Shown here in pieces: positions 1 to 10,663 of a DNA stretch of 64,000 nt. Origin of the DNA: a virus; the IMG/VR virus record IMGVR_UViG_3300033153_000868, positions 1-64,000 of that record. One strand, 5' to 3'. The notes beneath the pieces were generated by a model. That model did not search any database. It was not told the DNA's origin and worked only from the letters and a program-made list of their open reading frames with translations. The position numbers and the translations under genes were made by a program. Every line of letters starts with the position of its first letter. Within the stretch, counting starts at the first letter, position 1.

Positions 1-1399
1 ATTTTGGTAGAACCACTTAAGTTGATTATCCCAAGAAAGTTTCAACAAGTGAATGTTGTCATTTCCTTCATCAGTTACATCAAAGATAATAAAGCTAAAT
101 GAACTTAGAGGTCTACCATCAATTAATGGATTCTCAATGTCATTTGTATTTAAGTTATCAAATGCTGGATTCAATACAAACTTAACGTTAGCTAAGAAAG
201 GAATAGTAAAGCTTGTGTAAGCAAAACCATAATCTAAATCCATACCAGAACCTTTAACAGCTCCTATGTCAGATGCATTTTGAACTAAACCAGAACCATA
301 CACTTCATCAGCAATTGCTTTGTTGATTAATTGCATACCACCAATACCTGTTTGTACAACAAGTGATCTTTGTGGGTCCGGTCCTTTAAATTCAACTTTA
401 CCTTGGTAGAAGTTGTAAAGCTCAGACTTAAACATGTCAAGAGTAAATGAAGACTTGTTATATACTCTTTTGAAAGAGTTATCTAACTGTGCCCATAAAC
501 CTACAGATAATCTAATATCATCTGGTCCATCTTGCTTAATTCTACCACCTTTACCCCACATTAGGTAAGTTTCAATATCTGTTGCAATTTTAGATAAATG
601 TGCAGCTTCCATATTTGTAATGAAAGTACGTGTAAGAGTTCCATTTTCAAATGCTTCTCTTGCACCAGCTTTACCCATGTTTGCAACTAATCCTTCAATA
701 CTAGGTACAGATGGATTGTTAGCGTCTGTGTTAAAGTTTCTCCAGATTTCAGTTACAGGCACTGTACCATCAGCGTTTAATCCGCCTTTGATCATTAAGT
801 CTGCTCTTGAAGAAATTGAATAGTGTACGTGAGCTTCTGCACCTCCTACAAAGTTGTAGAATTCACGGAAACCAGAACCTGTTTCAATATCAGAGAATCT
901 TTCACCGTACTCGCCTCTTGCAGAACCTTTTCTGAAGAATTTAGTACCTTTAGCTAAATACTTGTTATCCAAGATAGCCGAGTTGTTGTTGTTAACTAAT
1001 TGAACAGTATAAACAAAACCGTCACCTGCTGGGATAATATCATCAGCTGTGATGTAAAGTTCAAGTCCATTATACTTGTCATAAGTAATAATGTCACCAT
1101 GTCCAAAAGTTCTTTTGTTAACTTTGATCTTAAATGTTGTACCATCTACACCTTTGTTTGCGTTACCTGGTTCAATATCCGCTACAATGTAGGGAAGATC
1201 TTGTGCAATAGGAGTTTGCCACTTGTACTCACCTCTAGCGTTATCCACCATGATAGTATTCTTTCCACCAAAAGAAGCCATTTGATACAAAGGCATTTCT
1301 ACCTTTTGGGTCATAGCCCAAAGATCAATTGGTCCCATATCCATAGGCTCAGGATTACCAAGCATTTGGGTAAGGTGAATTTAAAACTGGAGTTGCCAT
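1..1399 (-). CDS. Major capsid protein (crAss-like), 3' end beyond window; apparent frameshift/deletion at ~1378
   Basis: Not in the ORF track because it runs off the edge. A stop-free minus frame opens at 1380: HLTQMLGNPEPMDMGPIDLWAMTQKVEMPLYQMASFGGKNTIMVDNARGEYKWQTP...DGRPLSSFSFIIFDVTDEGNDNIHLLKLSWDNQLKWFYQN. ATG at 1399 (MATPVLN) is in another frame and stops at 1355-1357. Position after portal and scaffold-like gene matches crAss-like synteny. Confidence 0.85.
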
Positions 1400-1460
1400 A
1401 ATTTTTGATTGTTTTTGTTGTTAATAATTAATTTACTGTTTATATATTTAATTTACTTAA

Positions 1461-2777
1461 TTAAATTCGTTTAAATATGTTGGTTGGTCTTTGAATTTTT
1501 CTTTTAGTGCTTCTCTTTGTAGATTCTTTTTCAGCTTGGTTTACACCTAATGATGCACCACCTACATTTGATTGTTCACTTTTTAATTTTCTAACCGTCT
1601 TCTCAACACTCTTTTGTGCACCCTTATCCATTATCTTTGCTTTATATCCTGTTGGATCTTGTAATAACCACAAGGCTTCAGAAATTAATGCATAATTAGG
1701 TTCCACAAATTGATATTTTTCAAGTAGGTGCCCTAATAAATTAGTATTACGCCCACTTACTGATGGGTAATTAGGCTGAACTAAACCATTATATAACATA
1801 GCTTGAGTCTTTCTATCTACTTTAATATCACCTAACTTACCTTCTTTTAATGTTTCATATACATTTTTCATATATGCTTGAGATGCATTTTCTTGTTGTT
1901 TCTTTTTAAGCTCTTGCTCTTCAAGTTTTTGTGCAACAACTTTTTCTTGCATCTTATCTAATTTTGGCTTAAACTTATTTGCTTGTGTTTCAAGCTTACC
2001 TAAGTCTTTCCAAATTTCTATTTCTTCTTGAATATCTTCAGCAGTACCATATCCAGTAGCACTTAGGTATTCTTTAATAATTCTTTCTTGACCACTAACA
2101 CTTTTAACATCAATAGTTTTAGTTTCTTCTACTTGACCAAGTGTTGTAAATAAACCTTTTAGATCTTTACCACCATCAGCTACATATTTAGCAGCTATTT
2201 GTAATTCTTGAGGTAAACTTTGAAAAAATTGTTTTGGAGTTTCTCTTCTAACTTGATTAGCTTTTTCTTCTAAATTAGCTTGAATAAGCTCCTCCCAATC
2301 TTTTGCAGTATAATCTTCTAGTTCTTTATCATCATCAAAAGGAACTATCTTATCATCTTTGATAAGTTTTGAAAATACATCAGATATACCTGATATAGTT
2401 TTTCTTCCTCTTTTTTCTTTTGTTTCTACTTCTTCAGTTTCTTCTTGCCCAAGTTCACCAAAGATTTCTTCAACGCTTTCAGTTGAGGTTTCAGTTTTTT
2501 CTTCAACTACTTCACTTACTTCATCTTTTACTTCTTCCGTAGTCTCTTCTTTTTCTTCTGACTTAGCTAATACATCAGTAGCATCGTCATTATCAGGATC
2601 TGCAAAAGACATATCAGCTTTTTCAGTTAAGCCTGAGAAGATATTTTTAGGTTGAGATTTATTATCTTGAATCATATCAGCACCACTTGGAGCAGCGTTG
2701 AATATCTCATCTAAATTAACTTCTACATTTTGTGCTACGTTACTTTTCACAGGCTGTGTTTCTGTTGTTGTACTCAT
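1461..2777 (-). CDS. Conserved crAss-like protein between portal and MCP (acidic, putative scaffold/cargo)
   Basis: 438 aa with E/D-rich N-half and coiled-coil middle; terminase-portal-X-MCP synteny. Confidence 0.7.
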   Translation of the reverse strand: MSTTTETQPVKSNVAQNVEVNLDEIFNAAPSGADMIQDNKSQPKNIFSGLTEKADMSFADPDNDDATDVLAKSEEKEETTEEVKDEVSEVVEEKTETSTESVEEIFGELGQEETEEVETKEKRGRKTISGISDVFSKLIKDDKIVPFDDDKELEDYTAKDWEELIQANLEEKANQVRRETPKQFFQSLPQELQIAAKYVADGGKDLKGLFTTLGQVEETKTIDVKSVSGQERIIKEYLSATGYGTAEDIQEEIEIWKDLGKLETQANKFKPKLDKMQEKVVAQKLEEQELKKKQQENASQAYMKNVYETLKEGKLGDIKVDRKTQAMLYNGLVQPNYPSVSGRNTNLLGHLLEKYQFVEPNYALISEALWLLQDPTGYKAKIMDKGAQKSVEKTVRKLKSEQSNVGGASLGVNQAEKESTKRSTKRKIQRPTNIFKRI

Positions 2778-2894
2778 AATATTTGTTGGTTTTAATATTA
2801 ATAACTTCTTACATATATAATATAAGAAATGTTTCTAATATAATTGTCAAGTTAAACTTAAAAAATTTTAATAAAAGTGAAAGTTTTTTGCAGT

Positions 2895-2906
2895 ATATAG
2901 CTAACG
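2895..2906 (-). promoter_or_regulatory. CGTTAGCTATAT motif, copy 1
   Basis: Exact 12-mer also at 15634-15645 and 18152-18163; immediately follows the portal stop codon. Confidence 0.45.
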
Positions 2907-5657
2907 CTACTTTTTATCTTTCTCATTTTTGACATCATACTTATTTTTGTTCTCTCTTGCAATTTGAAGTTTAGTATCAGCTATTTGTTTAGATGCAGCA
3001 ATTTTTTCTCTTTCAACGCTCAATCTATTATTTTCTTGTGCAGATTTAACAGCACTTTCTTGGCGTTTAAAATTCATTTGCTCTCTATACTGTGTAGATT
3101 CTCTTATATCCTTCATAGCATCTTGATAATCAGATTGTTGATTTTGATTTAAATCAACCATTGACCCATATCCGGCTGATCTAATTTCAGCTAGTAACAC
3201 ATCATTCTGTCTATCTTTTTCATTTTCAGACATTTCAACTTGAAGTTTTTGTTGTTCTTCTTGTTGCTTAGCTTGAAGTTGCTGCTCTTGCATTTGACGC
3301 TGTTGCTGCATATCTTCTTGTCTTTGCTTCTGGATTCTAATTTCAGAATCTTTAAGTATATCTGATACTTCTGCAATTGAGTCTGCTTTAACTATATTAC
3401 CTAACTCATAAATACTTGCTCCTGAAGTATTATTAGTTAATGCCATTTGCTTTAAGTTTTCTAATATAGCTCTATGATTAGTCTTAGTTGTTGCAAATAC
3501 GTTAAAGTCTCTAAGTAATAAATCCGTACCATTAATTTGGAAATTAACTTTCTCAGCTTCTGTAGATATATATTGTAGTCTAACGCTTGGATTAGTACTA
3601 TAATAATATTGTGCTAAGTCAGTTCTCATTTGATGGATACGTGGCATCAAATGATCAGAGTGTTGTACAAAATACATTTCTGTTTGTGCATATGATTGTT
3701 GCATAGCCTGAACAACACCTGTTGCGGTTTGAGCTGAGACAGCTCCACCTAAACGTTGTGGGTTAATACCTATTGCATCAAAACATTGTTGCTTAAAATA
3801 ATTTGCAAGTTGAATTCTAGACATCAATCTATTAGTTTGCTCCATATTTAGAGTCTGGTAATGATTGAAGTTAGTTGCATTCTCAGTATTTGTAATAGAT
3901 GTATCAAGAGGTAGCATTTGAAAATCTTTCATTGCTACGTATGCTTTTGCATAGTTGTTCTTACCCCAATCCTCACCCATTGAGTGACGTGGTAAAGCAT
4001 TTTGATCAAACATTATTACTGTTCCTAATTCATCTATTAGAATGTCAGCAATTTGGTTATTAACCATATTATATCCAACTTGATATGCTTTCATTAAATC
4101 TACTAAAGAAGTAGATCTAGTATTTCTATCAGAAAATACTCTACCTTCTACAGGTAATTTACACCCATATAATGATGTATCTCCTTTAAACTGAAATGGT
4201 AATCTTCCAGGCTTAGTTCTATTAATACCTAAATAAATAGGATTAATATTATCACCCATAGTAGATTGCCACATAGCTGGTAAGTTTGGTCCAATTTTTA
4301 CACCACCCCATACTTCATTAATCCAAATCCAGTCAACATGTTCACCTTGTAATAAGTTATCTTTTGACTTTTGTTTAAATATAGAAGTATCATATATGGC
4401 CTTTTTGGTTATCTTAAAGGTCTCATCTATAATCTCTTGAGTAACTTCACCATCATCTTCAATTTTAGTAAGATGACCAACTTTTCTTTGTGTTTTCCAA
4501 TATATTGTAGCAACTCTCATTAGGTTACCTTCACCCCACATAGATACATCTTCATTCTCATCTAGTATTTCACTAAGTATATCACCACCTCTAGCGGGAT
4601 CATTCCAATAGTTAGATGTAAATTGTCTGTAACCTAATCCCGGTGCATTGGTATTCCATTCGTGAGATCTTGTTGCATCATAATATGCACCATCATTTTG
4701 ATATCCACTAACTTGATATTGTGCTGATCTAGCAGGATATATCTTTTGTAGAGATTCTAATTGTTTGGAATCCATTAAATAACCATATCTATCTACTACA
4801 TCTGATACAGTCATTAAATCAATTTTACCTGCATAGTTTGAATCTGCAATGTATCTTTGATCAGGAGATTTTTGATAGAAAGTTAATACAGGATTCCAAA
4901 GCTCTACATCATAATCATCTTCTAACATTCTAAAATGCCAAAATTCTCTATCTGCAATAAGCATATCACGGAAACCTCTTTCTTCAAGTTCTTGCATTTT
5001 GAATCTTTCTTCATCTACTGCAAGTTGATGGGATGCCCATTCTTCTACCATACTTCTGTAAGACTTACTAAAAAAGTCTTCAATCTCTGGTAATGATTTT
5101 AAACCTTCTGGAGATAATTGCTTTTGTGCTTCTTCTGATCCAGGGTCAGCACCCATCTCAATCATTTTACGTACTAAGTTTGCTTCTGCATCAGCCAATA
5201 AAGATTCTTCTATTTGAATTTTCTTTTGCTCAAGCATTTCATTGTATGATGCATCATCTACAGCTCTAAACTGTACCTTTGAATATCTTTTGGCAAATTC
5301 TCCTGTTAATACATTTATTACATTAGGTACAATAGGATAAAATTTAAGTTCTAAAGCTGAGTCATTTTCAGCTGTAAGAACGTCCATTAAATCTTTGTAT
5401 TCATTATCTGGTTCAACAATATAATCAGTCTTATCAATTATACCTTTAGCTAACTTATAATTCTTTAAAAGCCTTCTAGAATTTACACGTAGGAATTCAA
5501 TGCCTTGAAGTTCTAACCAATCTAAATTCCATGCAGCCCAATCATCATCCTTTTTTTTATAAGGTAAAAACTGAACCGGTTGTGTTAAGCTAGAAAATGT
5601 AGGCCCGCTTTCAGCTTTTGCCCCATTCTTCATTTGCATTGCATTTAATACTCTCAT
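2907..5657 (-). CDS. Portal protein
   Basis: 916 aa; 'LKFYPIVPNVINVLTGEFAKR' and 'GINPQRLG' motifs, Q-rich coiled-coil C-terminus; directly downstream of terminase. Confidence 0.85.
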   Translation of the reverse strand: MRVLNAMQMKNGAKAESGPTFSSLTQPVQFLPYKKKDDDWAAWNLDWLELQGIEFLRVNSRRLLKNYKLAKGIIDKTDYIVEPDNEYKDLMDVLTAENDSALELKFYPIVPNVINVLTGEFAKRYSKVQFRAVDDASYNEMLEQKKIQIEESLLADAEANLVRKMIEMGADPGSEEAQKQLSPEGLKSLPEIEDFFSKSYRSMVEEWASHQLAVDEERFKMQELEERGFRDMLIADREFWHFRMLEDDYDVELWNPVLTFYQKSPDQRYIADSNYAGKIDLMTVSDVVDRYGYLMDSKQLESLQKIYPARSAQYQVSGYQNDGAYYDATRSHEWNTNAPGLGYRQFTSNYWNDPARGGDILSEILDENEDVSMWGEGNLMRVATIYWKTQRKVGHLTKIEDDGEVTQEIIDETFKITKKAIYDTSIFKQKSKDNLLQGEHVDWIWINEVWGGVKIGPNLPAMWQSTMGDNINPIYLGINRTKPGRLPFQFKGDTSLYGCKLPVEGRVFSDRNTRSTSLVDLMKAYQVGYNMVNNQIADILIDELGTVIMFDQNALPRHSMGEDWGKNNYAKAYVAMKDFQMLPLDTSITNTENATNFNHYQTLNMEQTNRLMSRIQLANYFKQQCFDAIGINPQRLGGAVSAQTATGVVQAMQQSYAQTEMYFVQHSDHLMPRIHQMRTDLAQYYYSTNPSVRLQYISTEAEKVNFQINGTDLLLRDFNVFATTKTNHRAILENLKQMALTNNTSGASIYELGNIVKADSIAEVSDILKDSEIRIQKQRQEDMQQQRQMQEQQLQAKQQEEQQKLQVEMSENEKDRQNDVLLAEIRSAGYGSMVDLNQNQQSDYQDAMKDIRESTQYREQMNFKRQESAVKSAQENNRLSVEREKIAASKQIADTKLQIARENKNKYDVKNEKDKK

Positions 5658-5668
5658 ACCTGTTTAGT

Positions 5669-7858
5669 CTATTTTATATTCTTGAATCCGGACCTTCTAA
5701 TTTTAGAACCACCAAATGTCTTGTTACGCCCAATATTTCTAAAAGGACCATTATACTTTAATTTACTCATTTTTTCTGAATTATCCAAAGAATTGCCTTC
5801 AGATTCACGTCTCTTAGTATAGCCTCTATTTGACTGTTGAATTTTCACAAATGCAATCAATGCACCAAATGTTACAAGCCTATCAACGTTTAATCCTGGA
5901 TAATATGCTAACATTTCTTTAAGTAACATTGGATCTGGTATTCTTTCAACACCCAATGTTTGTTGCATTACATTACCATTTTCATCAAGCTCTTCATCAA
6001 TAACTTCTCTTAAAAATTCTATTGCATATGATATCAAATGACTCTTAAATAATGTACCTGTATTTTTCCATCCGTATTCTTGATATACTGTTCTATTAGA
6101 TCCAAGATCTTTTAAGAAAAGTATTTGTTGTTTAGGAACAAGATATCTTTGTTTTTTTCTAGCAATCATATGCTGTATAAATAATGAAATATTGTTTTCA
6201 ACAATTGTCCATGCATTATACCATTCTATGATCATTTCTAATCTTTCATGAGTTTTATTTATATCATCAAAACGCCCACACCATGCTGCTACAATTTTAT
6301 CTTTTTCAATGAATTGTTCTACTTCACCTGACACAGTTGTTCTTGTTACTTCAGTAGCATTTTTATAAATGTAAATACTACACAAAGAATCTGATGTTGT
6401 TGTCTTCCCTTCTGACACAGGGTCAATTGATCCATAATATGCACCAAATGCCGGGCTTTTAACTGGCCTTTCCCATACAACAATAGATCCTGTTTTATCA
6501 ATTTCTTTTTTGTTTACTGGAAAAGTTGATATAGGTAATTTTTTTGTACGTTTTGCAACTATACCAGTTTGATCTCTATCTAATTCAATTAATTCATATG
6601 CATATTCTTTCTCTTCAATACGTTTAAGCTGTTTGCTTAAGATACCTTGTGGAAAAACAGACTCTTTTCTATATGCAAATGCTTCTCCTATATTAAGAGG
6701 TTTCTGTGATATTCTTAATTGATACTGTTCACCACTTAATTCATTTTTCCATCTTGCTCTTTCTAATCCTATTGCTTCTATTGCTTCTTCAACTTGTGAG
6801 TTGCCATAATCATCAATATAAGGGGGCATAGACCATTGTTCTGGAATAAATAACCCTGCCATACCAATTGTTCCATCAGCATCCATTAGATTTGTTTCTA
6901 CAGCATATATATCATTAGCACTTGGATTAAGTATCATTTCTTTTAATGGACCGCATTGCTCTAAATCACCCACTGATCCAGCAGCTATAAACATACCTGT
7001 AGTCATCATACCAGATGACATTGCAGGACGTAAATACTCATATGTCTGCATCATGTTTTTAGCAATACCAGCTTCCTCATGAAAGAAGTATGTACATGGA
7101 CCCCCTACTCCTGTGGTAGCATTCTTTTCAAAAGAAGCACCTTGAATCTTTGATTTAAGACCTCTTGATGTTTTTCTATTATTTACTTTAACCTCAATTT
7201 GCTGTTGCCATAGTAAAACTTTTTCAGGATTACTTGGTCTATACCATGCAGTATGCTCATTAAGAAATGTTTTATATTCTTCTAAAAACTTCCATGAACC
7301 TTTATCATTAATATAATCTTTTAATGATGCTCCTACTTTGCAAATTGAACCTTCTTCAAACCAATATTGATTTATAATCTTACCCATATGAAAATATGAG
7401 GATGCTATCTGACGTTTCTTAAGTATTGCAGAATGCTGATTATTTAATTCAGCTAATAGTTCATACAAAGCCATGTGATATTGTGCATCTCTTACCTTAG
7501 CAAAACCATAATGCTTTTCTTCTTTATCAAAGATTGGTAAAAAGTTTAGCCACATATAATAATCTCTAGTTAAATACCATTGATCATCACCATCTTTATA
7601 TATAACTCCTACTCTACATTTATTTTTTTGATCTTCCCAATAAGCAGTAAAATCTTTTGACCTAAATGGCTTATTACAATAAAACCCTTGCTCATTAAAT
7701 ACTCTTGCTTCTTTATTAAATTCAAGAGCTATCTTGGTAAAGTTATATTTACCAGGTTCTTTAAAAATACTATATAGATATTCTGCAAAGTCTTCATCAC
7801 TTTCAAATGATGTTACATCCCACTTTCCATTTTCATATGTAGGTATGATTCTACTCAT
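5669..7858 (-). CDS. terL: Terminase large subunit
   Basis: 729 aa; Walker A-like 'ILKKRQIASSY', Walker B 'YFFHEEAG', nuclease 'GSIDPV', 'IVENN', C-terminal 'NVDRLV'. Confidence 0.9.
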   Translation of the reverse strand: MSRIIPTYENGKWDVTSFESDEDFAEYLYSIFKEPGKYNFTKIALEFNKEARVFNEQGFYCNKPFRSKDFTAYWEDQKNKCRVGVIYKDGDDQWYLTRDYYMWLNFLPIFDKEEKHYGFAKVRDAQYHMALYELLAELNNQHSAILKKRQIASSYFHMGKIINQYWFEEGSICKVGASLKDYINDKGSWKFLEEYKTFLNEHTAWYRPSNPEKVLLWQQQIEVKVNNRKTSRGLKSKIQGASFEKNATTGVGGPCTYFFHEEAGIAKNMMQTYEYLRPAMSSGMMTTGMFIAAGSVGDLEQCGPLKEMILNPSANDIYAVETNLMDADGTIGMAGLFIPEQWSMPPYIDDYGNSQVEEAIEAIGLERARWKNELSGEQYQLRISQKPLNIGEAFAYRKESVFPQGILSKQLKRIEEKEYAYELIELDRDQTGIVAKRTKKLPISTFPVNKKEIDKTGSIVVWERPVKSPAFGAYYGSIDPVSEGKTTTSDSLCSIYIYKNATEVTRTTVSGEVEQFIEKDKIVAAWCGRFDDINKTHERLEMIIEWYNAWTIVENNISLFIQHMIARKKQRYLVPKQQILFLKDLGSNRTVYQEYGWKNTGTLFKSHLISYAIEFLREVIDEELDENGNVMQQTLGVERIPDPMLLKEMLAYYPGLNVDRLVTFGALIAFVKIQQSNRGYTKRRESEGNSLDNSEKMSKLKYNGPFRNIGRNKTFGGSKIRRSGFKNIK

Positions 7859-8129
7859 ATCTTATGATAGCATATACATCACCTACTTGTAATAACAAAT
7901 GATCTTCTCCTTGGTGTTTCATTGGTGTAGGCATAGCATGTTCTGCATATTGAACAACATCACCTATTTGTATTTCAGTTACCTCATCACCTCTACCCAC
8001 TACTTTACCTTGAAATGTTTGTTTAAGTGCTATCTCAGGTAAGTATAATCCTGACTTAGTTTTAGTTTCAGGTTTTATCTCCTTTATTAGAAGCTTCATT
8101 CCTACTGGTACTACTACTTGATTTTTCAT
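7851..8129 (-). CDS. groES: Co-chaperonin GroES (Cpn10)
   Basis: 92 aa; 'P.GMKLLIK...ETKTKSGLYLP...GKVVGRG...IQIGDVVQY...DVYAII' is the GroES pattern. Confidence 0.9.
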   Translation of the reverse strand: MKNQVVVPVGMKLLIKEIKPETKTKSGLYLPEIALKQTFQGKVVGRGDEVTEIQIGDVVQYAEHAMPTPMKHQGEDHLLLQVGDVYAIIRYE

Positions 8130-8208
8130 TCTTTTTATTTATTGGTTTATAATTAAATTCTGGCTCATCCCAATAGCAAAATAGCCATTGTGTTTTGTTT
8201 TTACTCAT
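8068..8208 (-). CDS. Small hypothetical protein (46 aa, WLFCYWDEP)
   Basis: ATG abuts the upstream gene stop; below the ORF-track cutoff; overlaps the groES start. Confidence 0.4.
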   Translation of the reverse strand: MSKNKTQWLFCYWDEPEFNYKPINKKNEKSSSSTSRNEASNKGDKT

Positions 8209-8727
8209 CTACATTTGATCATAAGCAAGTCCGGCACCTCCACGTACTGAACTTTCTTGTTCTTGTCTCATATCTGTAAATGCACCTTTATATGACTGTC
8301 TTATGTTTTCAAATTTAGCTGCTGCATTTACCATAGCATTAATGTTTCCATCTCTACCATGTTCTATTGCAGTAACTTCCATATACTTAGCTAATCTATC
8401 TAACATAGATTTTATACCTACATAAGCTCTATATGTTGGAGTTTCATATAGTTTTTTACACATATCAAGTGCATACCTTATTTTACCATCTTCAGGAGAT
8501 TCTTCCAATTGTATTTCTTCTATTATAATATCTTCCTTTTCATGTTCAGGCAGATTAAAAAATGGATTTAAATCAGGATTAGGGCATGTCATGTAAAATA
8601 AATACTGATATACAGCCATATGTGTATCAGGATACTCTTCCATTATACCTTTTAAAAAGGGTAGTGCATAACAGTGCTCTGTTAATACTACCTTACTATT
8701 TTGTATGTCAAATAATCTTATTACCAT
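8209..8727 (-). CDS. Conserved crAss-like protein upstream of terL (possible small terminase)
   Basis: 172 aa helical protein ending 'VRGGAGLAYDQM'; position upstream of terminase. Confidence 0.55.
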   Translation of the reverse strand: MVIRLFDIQNSKVVLTEHCYALPFLKGIMEEYPDTHMAVYQYLFYMTCPNPDLNPFFNLPEHEKEDIIIEEIQLEESPEDGKIRYALDMCKKLYETPTYRAYVGIKSMLDRLAKYMEVTAIEHGRDGNINAMVNAAAKFENIRQSYKGAFTDMRQEQESSVRGGAGLAYDQM

Positions 8728-8730
8728 ATC

Positions 8731-9081
8731 TTAAAAACAATTACATCCATCTTCATAAAGTTCACCAAGGTCAGTCTGATTCATAATAGACTTTACAGCA
8801 TTAAAAGAAATATTAGTTATACATATGGGTTCAATCATTCCCTCAATTAGAATTTGATGTACAGAATTAATAACTCTATCTCTACCTAGTTCAAAATATG
8901 CTCTTACACCTAGAATAGTATTTGCATCAATATATATTTCATGCCTTTTAGAATAATCAAATCCTAATAAATTTCCGTCTTCTGTTGTTGCAGGACTCCC
9001 CATTGAATCTGTTATTAAAACTGGGAATACTTGTGTAAGAGATACATATCTTGGTTTATATAATGCTATTTTTTTTGACAT
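8731..9081 (-). CDS. Hypothetical protein
   Basis: 116 aa ORF tightly packed in the operon. Confidence 0.7.
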   Translation of the reverse strand: MSKKIALYKPRYVSLTQVFPVLITDSMGSPATTEDGNLLGFDYSKRHEIYIDANTILGVRAYFELGRDRVINSVHQILIEGMIEPICITNISFNAVKSIMNQTDLGELYEDGCNCF

Positions 9082-9087
9082 AATCTT

Positions 9088-9903
9088 TTATTTTTTATTT
9101 TCTTTCAACCACATAATAATAGAATTTACTTCATCTTTTAAATATGGTAATTCATAGATTTTAATATTTTCTAATACTGGTTCTCCGTTAACATGCTCAT
9201 TGATTGGATATCCATTAGCATCTTCACCTACTTGTTTAAACTTTACATGTTGAATTGTTAGTTTTCCAATCTTAAGTTTAGGGTTGTGCTTTTTAATAAT
9301 ATACGCATAAATACTGAGTTGAAGGTTATAATGATTCAAATTACAATCATCTAAATGATTAACAGGCTTATACATTTTATTAGTAATCCCTTCCCAATTA
9401 GTAAATCCTTTTTCTTTTATTTCTTTATTAGTCTTGTAATCATTAATGTTTATATAGCCATTAACTACTTCTACTACATCTGCTTGACCACATAAACCTA
9501 CTGATTTTAAATACACTAAATGTTCAGGATAAACACCTTCTTCAAGTTTTTGTTTTGGTGCAATTTTAGTTCCTTGTTCATCAATAATAGGTTTAATGAT
9601 AGGAACTTCTACACCATGTCTACCAATTGTTTTAAGATCTAGCATGTCAGCTTCTCTTTGGTTATGATAAAAGTTACCAAGTTTAATTGCTCTTTCTGTT
9701 TCAGCATCCCATGCAGCAATTATTTCTTTTGGTGTCATACCATACCATTTAGATCTTTTATTTTTAGATGATTTTTTTGCTTGACCATCTCTATCAAATT
9801 TAGGTTTAAACTTGGCAATAAAAGATGTTACACTAAGCCAGTTAATGTTTTCATCATTTGTGCTTTCATACACATGACCTTCTTCTATAAATTTTAGTCC
9901 CAT
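9088..9903 (-). CDS. PD-(D/E)XK (RecB-like) exonuclease
   Basis: 'LSVTSFI', 'PEHLVY', 'LCGQAD', 'INDYKTN', 'YNLQLSIYA'. Confidence 0.85.
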   Translation of the reverse strand: MGLKFIEEGHVYESTNDENINWLSVTSFIAKFKPKFDRDGQAKKSSKNKRSKWYGMTPKEIIAAWDAETERAIKLGNFYHNQREADMLDLKTIGRHGVEVPIIKPIIDEQGTKIAPKQKLEEGVYPEHLVYLKSVGLCGQADVVEVVNGYININDYKTNKEIKEKGFTNWEGITNKMYKPVNHLDDCNLNHYNLQLSIYAYIIKKHNPKLKIGKLTIQHVKFKQVGEDANGYPINEHVNGEPVLENIKIYELPYLKDEVNSIIMWLKENKK

Positions 9904-9905
9904 AT

Positions 9906-9998
9906 CTATGATATTGTTGTATACCAGTATGATTTATCATTTTTTACCTCTAAAGAAGTTACAGTATCATTGTATACATAGTTAATTATTAGTTTCAT
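9906..9998 (-). CDS. Small hypothetical protein (30 aa)
   Basis: MKLIINYVYNDTVTSLEVKNDKSYWYTTIS; fills the gap in the operon. Confidence 0.4.
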   Translation of the reverse strand: MKLIINYVYNDTVTSLEVKNDKSYWYTTIS

Positions 9999-10317
9999 TA
10001 TCTTCTATTTGTTTAGTTATTAGTTCTTCTTCTTCTTCTGTTGTATATGCATCCCAATATCCTTTTGGACATTCAGAAGATAAAGATCTTACTTTAAAAG
10101 CTAAGCTACATCCACAATCTCCACAACATGGTTGTGTACCTGGTGCAACACATTTATCTCCTCCAGCATCAAATAAAGAGCACTTTACACATATTTGAAA
10201 TCTATCAGTTGCTACTGCTTCAACATGTTCTTTTTTAAAAATACTATTCTTAATTCCTTCTGCAATTTTATCAGCATTTTTAAATACATCAAGATATTTA
10301 CTCCACTTACTTTTCAT
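9982..10317 (-). CDS. Cys-rich putative zinc-binding protein
   Basis: 'RFQICVKC...CCGDCGC...ECPKGYW'. Confidence 0.75.
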   Translation of the reverse strand: MKSKWSKYLDVFKNADKIAEGIKNSIFKKEHVEAVATDRFQICVKCSLFDAGGDKCVAPGTQPCCGDCGCSLAFKVRSLSSECPKGYWDAYTTEEEEELITKQIEDNETNN

Positions 10318-10663
10318 TTCTAAATTTCTTTTTATTGCTAATATCTTGCTCTAGTTGTGCCATTGCTTTTTCCATTTGCAAAATATTATTTTGTATATCT
10401 TCACTTTTTGCAAATCCATTATAAGTTCTTTTAGCAATATTTCCCAAAAGACTTTTATTTTTCATTATAGATTTATCTAGTTTATTTTTTCTTAAATAAA
10501 AAGTTCCTAGCCCATCTACGTTAATTCTAGGAAAAGCTAAACTAGAAAGTTTTTGTCTAACCTTTGCATAATAAAATGAAACAAAATCATCTACAACAGA
10601 AGGGTGAACACCAACTTCATCTGCTATTCCTTTCTTAAACTCTTTATGACTCTTCGGATTCAC
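10307..10663 (-). CDS. IHF/HU-like DNA-binding protein
   Basis: 'IADEVGV...VDDFVSFYY...RINVDGLGTFYLRK' resembles the HU/IHF fold, typical of crAss-like capsid modules. Confidence 0.65.
   Translation of the reverse strand: MNPKSHKEFKKGIADEVGVHPSVVDDFVSFYYAKVRQKLSSLAFPRINVDGLGTFYLRKNKLDKSIMKNKSLLGNIAKRTYNGFAKSEDIQNNILQMEKAMAQLEQDISNKKKFRNEK

Noticed and set aside
620-3152. Plus-strand ORFs opposite the capsid/portal genes, and similar shadow ORFs at 42149-44536 and 54881-63935
   Set aside because: Antisense shadows of long, credible minus-strand genes
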